Assembly (NCBI GenBank): GCA_963768425.1
Contig: CAVYHV010000008.1
Coordinates: forward strand, 1-64,000
DNA length: 64,000 nt
From: Candidatus Bathyarchaeota archaeon
GTDB taxonomy: Archaea; Thermoproteota; Bathyarchaeia; Bathyarchaeales; Bathycorpusculaceae
Direction: 5' to 3'
Below are positions 1-7,546 of this stretch, piece by piece. The position numbers were made by a program, and so were the translations under genes. The notes under the pieces were generated by a model. It searched no databases and had not been told where the DNA came from. It worked only from the letters and a program-made list of their open reading frames with translations. Positions within the stretch are counted from its first letter, which is position 1; every line of letters starts with the position of its first letter.

Positions 1-197
1 GCAAAAAGTTTACTCCTGAACAGGAAAAATGGCTCAACTTAATACGCGACCACTTGGTTGAGAATTTGGTTGTTGAACAAGCAGATTTTCGGCTTATTCC
101 ATTCAGTCGGTATGGTGGATGGAACAAAGCAAATAAGGTGTTTGCTGGTAAACTCGGAGAGTTACTGGAAGAGATTAACGTGGGGATAACTTCATAA
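1..197 (+). CDS. hsdR: Type I restriction enzyme R subunit, C-terminal end (partial)
   Basis: Frame from nt 3 reads KKFTPEQEKWLNLIRDHLVENLVVEQADFRLIPFSRYGGWNKANKVFAGKLGELLEEINVGITS*, resembling the EcoEI-R C-terminal domain; directly upstream of hsdM/hsdS. Confidence 0.8.
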   Translation, partial: KKFTPEQEKWLNLIRDHLVENLVVEQADFRLIPFSRYGGWNKANKVFAGKLGELLEEINVGITS

Positions 198-1605
198 AGC
201 GAAGACGTTGTGGCTAAGATTTGGGGCTTTTGCCATACCTTAAGACACGATGGAAATTAACTACGGTGACTACATTGAGCAATTAACATATCTTCTATTC
301 TTAAAACTCGCAGATGAAAAAGGTGTGACTATTCCTGCAGGGTGCTCTTGGAATGATTTAAAGGCAAAATCCGGAACTGAGCTCCTTGATGGCTACACTG
401 AGATGCTAAAAACACTGGCCAAGCAAAAAGGCATCCTGGGCGATATCTTCGTTGGCTCGCTAACTAAATTCAGGGAACCTGTTAATCTAAAAAAACTAAT
501 AATGATGATTGATGGCACTGAATGGTCAGCTTTAGATGTTGACCTAAAGGCTAACACCTACGAAGGCTTGTTACAAAAGTATGCTGCAGAGCAAAAAGGC
601 GCAGGACAGTATTTTACCCCACGTGAAGCCATCCGCTGTGTTGTTAGGTGCATCCAACCTGATTTTCGCGAAAATCCAAGCTACCAAATTCACGACCCTG
701 CATGTGGTACGCTGGTTTTCTGATTGGCGCTTATGAATGGATTTTGAACCAGACCAACGAGGGAGCTGCTCTTCGGAATGAAGACAAGGAAAGGTTGAAG
801 GCTGACACGTTTTCGGGAGTAGAGATTGTATTAGAAACCAAAAGGTTAGCATTGATGAATCTTTACCTTCACGAGATTGAGGATGGAATATGGTATGGTG
901 ACGCGCTTGCCGATGGTCCACACATGGCAAAAAAATATGATTGTATAATGACTAATCCGCCATTTGGCACAAAAGGTGCGGGTGAAGCGCCATCGCGTGA
1001 CGACTTTACAATTAAAACTTCAAACAAACAACTTAATTTTCTGCAGCACTTAATGACTGTTTTGAAAAACAGGTGGCAGAGCTGCTATCGTCTTGCCCGA
1101 TAATGTTTTGTTCGAGGAACATGCGGGCAGAGATGTTCGTATGCTTTTATTGACTGATTGCAACCTACACACAGTTTTGCGCTTGCCTATTGGCACGTTT
1201 TCCCCGTATTCTACTGGCGTAAAAGCAAATATTCTATTCTTCAGGAAAGGCTTGCCAACAGAAGAAGTATGGATTTATGATTTGAGGACGAATGTTGAGA
1301 AGGTAAACAAAGGTCATCCGTTGACTGATGATTATTTTAGCGACTTTGAAGCGTGTTACCATTCTAAACCAAGAGTTGAAACAGAACGGTTTAAGCGATT
1401 TATGAAGAGTGATATTGCAGATAGAGACTATAACCTTGACCTTTTTTGGCTCAAAGATCAATCGCTTGGAGAAACTGACGATTTGGCAGATCCAGAGATT
1501 TTAGTAACCGATGCTATTACCGCTTTGGAAACTGCTACTTCCGCATTAGATGAACTTTTGCTCAAATTAAACAACGGTGAAAAGGAAAACGTCAATGCTC
1601 AGTGA
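194..1605 (+). CDS. hsdM: Type I R-M N6-adenine methyltransferase M subunit (three apparent frameshifts near 253, 710 and 1068)
   Basis: Joined frames give EDVVAKIWGFCHTLRHDG/INYGDYIEQLTYLLFLK, GQYFTPR, DPACGT(A)GFL motif I, NPPF motif IV, and GRAAIVLPDNVLF; the start codon is garbled at the hsdR junction. Confidence 0.92.
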
Positions 1606-2974
1606 GCAAACTCTCCCAGAAGGCTGGACTTGGGGAACCGTCGGTGATATCGCAAATATCCTTGACAATTTGCGCATTCCAGTGAATGCTGCAGAAAGGG
1701 AAAAGCGAATCGCAGGTAAATCGCCGTCAACTCTCTTTCCGTATTATGGTGCTAACGGTCAAGTAGGTTGGATTGACGGTTACATCTTTGATCAGGACCT
1801 TGTTTTGTTGGCAGAGGATGGCGGATATTTTGGAGACAAAAACAAATCGATCGCCTATAGAATCAAAGGAAAGTCTTGGGTGAATAACCATGCGCACATT
1901 TTAAAACCCAAACCGGGAATTGAGATCGGTTATTTGCAATTTGTCTTAAATCATTGTAATATAATGCCATACGTCCGAGGAACAACTCGACTAAAACTTA
2001 ATCAAAGCGATGCAAAGAAAATCTTAATTCCTTTGCCTCCAACTTCTGAACAGAAGCGAATGGTAGCTAAGATTGAAGCTTTGCTTGCTGAAAACAAAAC
2101 TGCTCAGGAAAATCTCGCTAAGATCCCAATTTTACTAAGACAATACCAAAAATCGGTACTAAATTTGGCGTTTCGAGGTAAACTTACTGAATACAAACTA
2201 ACCGACGAACCATTAGATACTCTGTTGAAAAAAATAAACGCTGAACAAAATACAATACCTGATTATGAAAAGATAGGTAATGTGAACCTGTACAAACTAC
2301 CCGAAAAATGGGCTTGGATTAAATTAGGTGACTTGATCGACTCATTTAAAAACGGTCTTTACAAGCCAATCAAGTTCTATGGAAAAGGAGTTCCTTGCCT
2401 TCGAATGTACAATATAGCTGAGGGCAAAATTAACCTGAACAATGTTCGAGAGATGATATTAACTGAGGATGAAGTTAATGATTATTGTCTTCATGAAAAT
2501 GATATTTTGTTAAACAGAATTAATAGTCGAGAGCTTGTTGGGAAAGCGGCAGTAGTTCCAAATGGGCTTGGTAGAGTTGTCTTTGAGGCGATGACTGTTA
2601 GATTAAGAGTGAAGAAAAATGTTATCAAGCCAAAGTACATAACATATTTTCTTCAAACTAATTTTGCTCGTTCTCAAATAGAGATAAAAGCAAAACAAAC
2701 GGTTGGAATGGCAACAGTTTCGCAGGAAGACGTTAAGAAGTGGTATATTCCATATTGTTCAGTTGAAGAACAAGAACGTATCGTAGAAAAAATAGAAAAC
2801 GTTTTTTCTTTATCAGAACAAGCAAACTTGGCTGTAGAACATGCCAAAAATAAGGTTAAAAAAATTAGCCAATCTGTACTTACTAAAGCTTTCAGGGGCG
2901 AGTTAGCTCCTCAAGACCCTAATGATGAACCTGCCTCCGTGCTATTGCAACGATTAAGAGCTTCAGCTAACTAA
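1595..2974 (+). CDS. hsdS: Type I R-M specificity subunit with two TRDs
   Basis: LPEGWTW and LPEKWAW repeats, IPLPPTSEQKR and IPYCSVEEQER conserved regions, C-terminal FRGELAPQDPNDEPASVLL. Confidence 0.95.
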   Translation: MLSEQTLPEGWTWGTVGDIANILDNLRIPVNAAEREKRIAGKSPSTLFPYYGANGQVGWIDGYIFDQDLVLLAEDGGYFGDKNKSIAYRIKGKSWVNNHAHILKPKPGIEIGYLQFVLNHCNIMPYVRGTTRLKLNQSDAKKILIPLPPTSEQKRMVAKIEALLAENKTAQENLAKIPILLRQYQKSVLNLAFRGKLTEYKLTDEPLDTLLKKINAEQNTIPDYEKIGNVNLYKLPEKWAWIKLGDLIDSFKNGLYKPIKFYGKGVPCLRMYNIAEGKINLNNVREMILTEDEVNDYCLHENDILLNRINSRELVGKAAVVPNGLGRVVFEAMTVRLRVKKNVIKPKYITYFLQTNFARSQIEIKAKQTVGMATVSQEDVKKWYIPYCSVEEQERIVEKIENVFSLSEQANLAVEHAKNKVKKISQSVLTKAFRGELAPQDPNDEPASVLLQRLRASAN

Positions 2975-3252
2975 GCATGAAGTCTCGTCAGTTATGTAAT
3001 CATCAAAAACATGGAAAAGTGGCTTGTTTTTGGCGAAGTTTTCTGCCACACTTTTTTACACTTACAAAGAAAAGTATTTTAGCATGCGCTTGCTTCTATT
3101 TAAAGGCTGATGCTTTAAAAAAGCGCGCGAGAACCCTCTTAGCGTTAAAATTAAAAAACGTATAGCGTATCCTACGCACTTCATGAGTTTAAAGCTACCG
3201 GTTGTTGCTCGCTTTGCGAAGTAATTAGACAACTTAAAACGAGGTGATAAGA

Positions 3253-3774
3253 ATGAACCGTTTTAAAATGCGGGTTAGACCAGGCGAAAGACTCCAAGTA
3301 GACGACGGAGCAAAAAGCGCAAGAATTATTCAAGCTGAGTTCAACAAGCTCTCCGAGTTTAAACTAAAAAGTATTGGAACCGAGGCCACAACTGGGTATG
3401 TTGAAGGTTTAATTCCTTCAAGCCCTGATCTCGACTTCGAAGTTCTCATCAGTGACAAAAGAATTGCACAGCTCGATACTACAGGAAGCAACTATACCTT
3501 CGCTGGAAGCAAGTGTATGCCGGTACGAGACTATAAAGGCGTTAAAGTAGAAAACCTTGGTGTACCAACCTTTTTTGTGTACTGGATGAAAAGAGAGCCC
3601 GGAGAAGTCAAAAACTGCTGCTACTGGATTAAAGGTGAAGACGTAATTAAGAGTCCAACAGAAGAAAATCCTTGGGGTTGCAAACTTCAAGTCAACTACA
3701 TGACTGACAAAGCATACTGGCACAAAGGGCTTGATAGTCTTATTGAAGAACTGCGAAAGATGAACAAAGATTAA
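3253..3774 (+). CDS. Hypothetical protein, possible PD-(D/E)xK-fold nuclease
   Basis: GAGGTGA SD before ATG 3253; helix followed by PDLDFEVL...IAQLDTTGS, resembling a restriction-endonuclease core. Confidence 0.6.
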   Translation: MNRFKMRVRPGERLQVDDGAKSARIIQAEFNKLSEFKLKSIGTEATTGYVEGLIPSSPDLDFEVLISDKRIAQLDTTGSNYTFAGSKCMPVRDYKGVKVENLGVPTFFVYWMKREPGEVKNCCYWIKGEDVIKSPTEENPWGCKLQVNYMTDKAYWHKGLDSLIEELRKMNKD

Positions 3775-3963
3775 GCGTGGTTTATTGTGAAGCGAATAAT
3801 CATTTTCCTCTTTTTCTTATAGGTCACTTCATAAACCAGCTCTATCAGGTTTAGTCTCAGGCCTCAAATCCATCGCTTGCTGGCTCGTCCGTACTTTATC
3901 GATGTTATGAGTATGTTGAACTATGCAAGTTGCCAAAGCACATCGGAATACAACTCAGCATTG

Positions 3964-4119
3964 TCACCATTCTTGGCTTGCTTGATTAGCACGGTGCTCT
4001 GGGCTACAGTTGCACTCAGCAACGTAAACCCAATCCTGAAGGTGATAGCAATACGCTCGTTCCCCATCGCGGCGGGTGATGTTTTCGCACTTTAGTTCTT
4101 GCTTTTGTGTAGACAGCAT
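3964..4119 (-). CDS. Small Cys/His-rich protein (51 aa), possible metal-binding
   Basis: Manual translation MLSTQKQELKCENITRRDGERAYCYHLQDWVYVAECNCSPEHRANQASQEW*; purine-rich upstream sequence. Confidence 0.45.
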   Translation of the reverse strand: MLSTQKQELKCENITRRDGERAYCYHLQDWVYVAECNCSPEHRANQASQEW

Positions 4120-4289
4120 TCTTTCTCGCCTTCATTAAATGCAATGGAGCCGCGTATTTGACCTTCAGGCGCAGAGCGAAGAGTAATGTCGTGCCGCTAC
4201 CACATCGCCTGATGGCTGATTTAGCATTAAGTTACGCACAACTTTAGACGAATAAGGCGCTTTTAGAACGGTGCAGATAATTTAAGAAT

Positions 4290-4691
4290 TTACTGATGCC
4301 TTTTGCGAGCTAACGCTACAGCGGACAACGCTACAACGGCAAAGGCAATCGGAATTGCATAGTATAAAAGCTGCAAGTTGTTGCCTGCCTCCCAACTGTA
4401 AGTTTTTGCGTTATAGTAAGTAATGTTGGCATATCCAAAGTCGCTGCTAAAGTACCAAAGTGCTAAAGCTGCTATGCCTGCACTGACCGCAAAAGCGTTA
4501 GCTAACTTGCACTGGGTACTTGGCACGAAAGCAATAACAGCCAAAATTGCAGCGAAACTACTTAACCCTAATATCTGTGGAATATAACCATCCATATAGC
4601 TGTAGCGAAAGCCATTCATAAGAAACTCCAGCCAAAAAAGTGCAACAAAATAAACCGCTGTAGCTATAATCGCTTTGTTTAGTTTACGCAT
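4290..4691 (-). CDS. Hypothetical integral membrane protein (about 4 TM segments)
   Basis: 133-aa ORF with several long hydrophobic stretches and a basic C-terminus. Confidence 0.7.
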   Translation of the reverse strand: MRKLNKAIIATAVYFVALFWLEFLMNGFRYSYMDGYIPQILGLSSFAAILAVIAFVPSTQCKLANAFAVSAGIAALALWYFSSDFGYANITYYNAKTYSWEAGNNLQLLYYAIPIAFAVVALSAVALARKRHQ

Positions 4692-4747
4692 TAATTTTCA
4701 CTCTCTGCTGCTTGCATTTTTTTAACACCTTACAGCCAACTCATCTT

Positions 4748-4765
4748 TGGATTACATATAATCCA
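4748..4765. promoter_or_regulatory. Inverted repeat TGGATTA-cata-TAATCCA, candidate RHH operator in a divergent promoter region
   Basis: Perfect 7-bp arms; extra TATCCAT half-sites at 4771 and 4801; lies between the divergent membrane-protein and RHH genes. Confidence 0.5.
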
Positions 4766-4822
4766 TACATTATCCATCAACCACATAAAAGCTTTTGACT
4801 TATCCATGCACGAGGGTGCTCA

Positions 4823-4975
4823 GTGCCTAAGCGCTATATCAACATAAAATTGCCCGTTGAGCTTGCTGACGAGGTAGATAAGATATTGGAGAAGAAGCTA
4901 TTAGGCTACAGAAGCAGAGGAGAATTTGTAGCAGAAGCCGTAAGGGACAAGCTTATCCAAGTTAAGAAAGCCTAA
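4823..4975 (+). CDS. Ribbon-helix-helix (CopG/NikR-like) transcriptional regulator, 50 aa
   Basis: GTG start after GAGGGTG; MPKRYINIKLPVELADEVDKILEKKLLGYRSRGEFVAEAVRDKLIQVKKA* has the beta-strand, helix, GYRSR.EFV.EA pattern; absent from the ORF track. Confidence 0.85.
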   Translation: MPKRYINIKLPVELADEVDKILEKKLLGYRSRGEFVAEAVRDKLIQVKKA

Positions 4976-5035
4976 AAATAATGGTGCGCATGCGCTTTTT
5001 ATAATTAGGCTTTAAACCATGCTCAGACCTTAAAT

Positions 5036-5830
5036 CCCGTGTTTATTTGTTGACCGTACGCCATAGAGCCAGCGCAACGCTGCACCAACGTACGAAGCAT
5101 CAAGGTGTAACCGTTACAGAACAAGCGATGGTCAAATCCAACCCAACGGACGAGAAGGGTAAGGTTGCTGACTTGTTCGACCTAAAATTCGGTAAGGGAA
5201 TTTTGCTTTTGACTTTCAAGGTGATAACTTAAATGGCTATGCCCAATTATTGTTTCAAGCAAGTTTGGGTTTACACCTTAAAACCCTTAAAGGCATAGTT
5301 TGTTCCTGCACGGTGTTTGAAGACCGTAACGGGCATATCAAGCCTAACCAGCCTAATAGCAATAGCATAGGAGCTAACAAGAGTCTGCAGAGGAGTCTGG
5401 ATAATCCAAAACCTTCAAGCAACAGTGGTGTGTTCCCGTACGGTGATTGAACACCGTGAACGGGCGTTGATTTAAGCTCCGTTTACGGTGAATAAACACC
5501 GTGGAATAACGTACCGCCGTGCGTTGAGCGTACGTGCGTTCGGGCTGCAGTACGTACGCACAAACTAACATGGAACAATTCTTAACTTTGCGCCTTGCGT
5601 GCTCTTAGGCAAAGCGCTGCGCGGTAAAGCATATTGCACGTCGGCTCTATGTGTAGACGCTATATGAACCAAATAGGTTTAGTTATAGTTATCACCTAAC
5701 GTTGCAGTTTCGGTTTATGTGTATATCTGCATGGCGTTCAAAAGCCGTGGAAACGTACAGACAGCTTCAGTGAACTTTACCTTCTAAGCGATGCAGCGGT
5801 ATGCTTCTGCACGGTGAATAAACACCGTAA
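5036..5830 (+). ncRNA. Candidate large structured non-coding RNA (about 800 nt)
   Basis: Nested long-range helices 5039-5057/5811-5825, 5094-5100/5801-5807, 5153-5171/5767-5785, 5205-5212/5738-5745, 5219-5229/5687-5697, 5300-5306/5572-5578; many local hairpins; G-U wobbles fit the + strand; TATA-like boxes at 4997-5004 and 5011-5016. Confidence 0.6.
5310..5828. repeat. Four dispersed 18-bp palindromic repeats ACGGTG-N6-(C/G)ACCGT
   Basis: Copies at 5310-5327, 5440-5457, 5485-5502 and 5811-5828; the last two are identical (acggtgaataaacaccgt). Confidence 0.9.
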
Positions 5831-5854
5831 AACGGCTAAGAATTGCGCTATTCC

Positions 5855-6751
5855 TCAAACCGTTATTTGTTTACCCATTTTGCTCAATGCTTCCAAAGTT
5901 CTATTCGCAAGATCTTTGAACGATGGACTCCAATAGTGCCTTATGAAAATAGATGGCGGTATCCTACCCTGCAACAAATCCACCTCTTCTTTGATCAGGC
6001 CGTTTCTAACCATAAATGTGCCATAGTTGTCCCTTAGCTCATTAATTCTACACCGCATTTTTTTCCGTTGCAACCGTTTGAGTATAGCATTATAACCAAC
6101 GGGCTGGCTTTTTGCAATCTCATCAATCAAGCTTTTTGGCACTATGGATAGGTAAACATTCTTTGTACCGCGTAAGAACAACTTTTTGAACTGAAAGTGC
6201 TCCAAAAGCCCATCAGCATTAAGGTAGCAGTCTAACTTGCCTTCTTTTGACAACTCGATTATTTTGTTAAACGAATTTACAGCCTCTTCCTTACGTAAAC
6301 CGCTTAGACGCAAATATTCTAAAAGCACTTTTTCCTCGAGTTTAAGCAAAGGCTGTACAGCAGCATACCATTCCCATAAATCGCTGTTATGGTTAGTGTA
6401 CATTCGGCTGAAAGAGGAGAAAGCATCCCGCTTTTGCCACTTAATCCCATAGCTTTTTAGTGCTGCCCTGAATTCCTCATGAAAACCAAGATATTTACAA
6501 AGCGCAATCAAAGATTTAATTGAATTATCCCTTAATGACTCTGGAATTGCATCGATATCTCTGAGATTGCCATTGCCATATAGAATGTGATTGTACTTTT
6601 TCGTATAGGTCATGATGGTGTGAGCATAGGACTTTGAGTATTTTTTGAAAACCCACACCTTAAATTCCGCCCAATCAAGCGTGCGTAAGCCTGTTTCTAA
6701 CGGCGCTTTACACGCCAAAGGTCGCCGGTTCAAGTCCGGCTCGGCCCACCA
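5855..6751 (-). CDS. Tyrosine recombinase, SSV1-type integrase C-terminal fragment int(C)
   Basis: SGLRKEEA (catalytic R), K in RGTKNVY, ELRDNYGTFM, VDLLQGRIPPSIFIRHY (catalytic Y); frame continues upstream as WWAEPDLNRRPLACKA through the antisense tRNA half and then hits a stop, with no ATG in that stretch. Confidence 0.92.
   Translation of the reverse strand, partial: WWAEPDLNRRPLACKAPLETGLRTLDWAEFKVWVFKKYSKSYAHTIMTYTKKYNHILYGNGNLRDIDAIPESLRDNSIKSLIALCKYLGFHEEFRAALKSYGIKWQKRDAFSSFSRMYTNHNSDLWEWYAAVQPLLKLEEKVLLEYLRLSGLRKEEAVNSFNKIIELSKEGKLDCYLNADGLLEHFQFKKLFLRGTKNVYLSIVPKSLIDEIAKSQPVGYNAILKRLQRKKMRCRINELRDNYGTFMVRNGLIKEEVDLLQGRIPPSIFIRHYWSPSFKDLANRTLEALSKMGKQITV
6705..6751 (+). repeat. att site: duplicated 3' half of tRNA-Val(TAC)
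   Basis: gc-TTTACAC-gccaa aggtc gccgg-TTCAAGT-ccggc tcggccc ACCA = anticodon loop, T-arm, acceptor 3' strand and CCA; no D-arm or 5' acceptor strand upstream. Confidence 0.88.
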
Positions 6752-6867
6752 ATAAATCCTTTAGTATCTATATCTTCAATCTGATTTGAAAAGAACTTCA
6801 AATAAAAACTACGTAGTTTCTAATTTTTTAGAAACTGAAAAGCTAATGTTTGTTTTTTTGCGGTTTT

Positions 6868-7050
6868 CTATTCTTTCAGTTTAGGCATTATCTTTGTTGC
6901 CCATTCAGTCTTAGTAGCGTAGGTTTCACGAAGTTTGGGCGTAGCTATTAGGACCCATGGTTTAATCGCAGCTCGTTTCTTTGCTCGACCCGCTGAGTTT
7001 CTTGATTTTGGTTGTCCCTTTCTTTTTGTCTTGTAATTTTCAGGGTTCAT
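6868..7050 (-). CDS. Small basic hypothetical protein (60 aa)
   Basis: ATG-started Lys/Arg-rich ORF followed by a T-rich tract on the coding strand. Confidence 0.45.
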   Translation of the reverse strand: MNPENYKTKRKGQPKSRNSAGRAKKRAAIKPWVLIATPKLRETYATKTEWATKIMPKLKE

Positions 7051-7171
7051 ATTGAATCGCTGCTATTCAATTCTTGATATCTAACATATAGGGGTTTGCC
7101 CTCTTTTCTTCATTTGCATGGTTTCTATAACTATTAAGAAAAAATGAGTGGCAACTCGGATTTGCGCGAGG

Positions 7172-7546
7172 CTAAATGCTGAACATTGGGCTGGAAATTA
7201 TCATGTTGGCTGTTGCTCTGTTGCAGGCGGTTGGGATATTGTAGAGGACGGCTAATCTGAGAACGGCTTTAACGTCGACATCGTGCGGTTGAGACTCCAA
7301 GGGATCCCAGAAGAATATAAGAATGTCCAGTTTATTATTTGCAATCAAAGCTCCCAGCTCCATATCTCCACCGTAGGGTCCGCTTTTAAGCAAGTTTATA
7401 TTTAGTCCCGTTTTGTCAATTATTTGCTGACCAGTGGTTCCTGTGGCATAGAGGCAGAATTGGGATAACGTTCCCTTGTTGAAATCACACCATTCAACTA
7501 TGTCTTTTTTCTTATTGTCATGTGCGACCAATGCAATACTTTTCAT
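7172..7546 (-). CDS. mgsA: Methylglyoxal synthase
   Basis: IALVAHDNKK, ATGTTG, SGPYGGD, FFWDPLESQPHDVDVKAVLRLAVLYNIPTACN signature motifs. Confidence 0.96.
   Translation of the reverse strand: MKSIALVAHDNKKKDIVEWCDFNKGTLSQFCLYATGTTGQQIIDKTGLNINLLKSGPYGGDMELGALIANNKLDILIFFWDPLESQPHDVDVKAVLRLAVLYNIPTACNRATANMIISSPMFSI

Larger units (their letters stand above)
1..6751. mobile_element. Right part of an integrated element (SSV1-type split-integrase island inserted in tRNA-Val) carrying a type I R-M system; left end outside window
   Basis: Tyrosine integrase fragment whose reading frame runs through a tRNA 3'-half duplication at 6705-6751; defence cargo, RHH regulator and small orphan ORFs inside. 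Confidence 0.85.

Noticed and set aside
194-1605. Phase variation or programmed frameshifting of hsdM
   Set aside because: Runs are short and the same type of indel breaks essential genes across the window, so sequencing error is simpler
2977-3165. 62-aa ORF after hsdS
   Set aside because: No SD or motifs; composition looks intergenic
5047-5571. ORF-track calls 5047-5232, 5250-5450 and 5374-5571 as proteins
   Set aside because: Short, mostly TTG-started or lacking an SD, no motifs; they overlap the structured region
5310-5828. CRISPR or mini-array interpretation of the palindromic repeats
   Set aside because: Only four 18-bp copies with start-to-start distances of 130, 45 and 326 nt; no regular spacers and no cas genes in the window
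5036-5830. RNase P RNA, SRP RNA or group I intron
   Set aside because: No GAGGAAAGTCC / ACAGAANNNGGCTTA, no SRP helix-8 motif and no recognisable P7 R/S elements; location inside a mobile element
4984-5850. Group II intron (GTGCG at 4984; AAGCCGTGGAAACGTAC near 5742 resembles domain V)
   Set aside because: No complete domain V helix or domain VI with a bulged A, no interrupted gene and no RT ORF; the candidate segment is used by other helices. A permuted or degenerate relative cannot be excluded
6680-6751. Intact tRNA-Val gene
   Set aside because: 5' acceptor strand and D-arm absent and anticodon stem has only 2 bp; it is an att duplication
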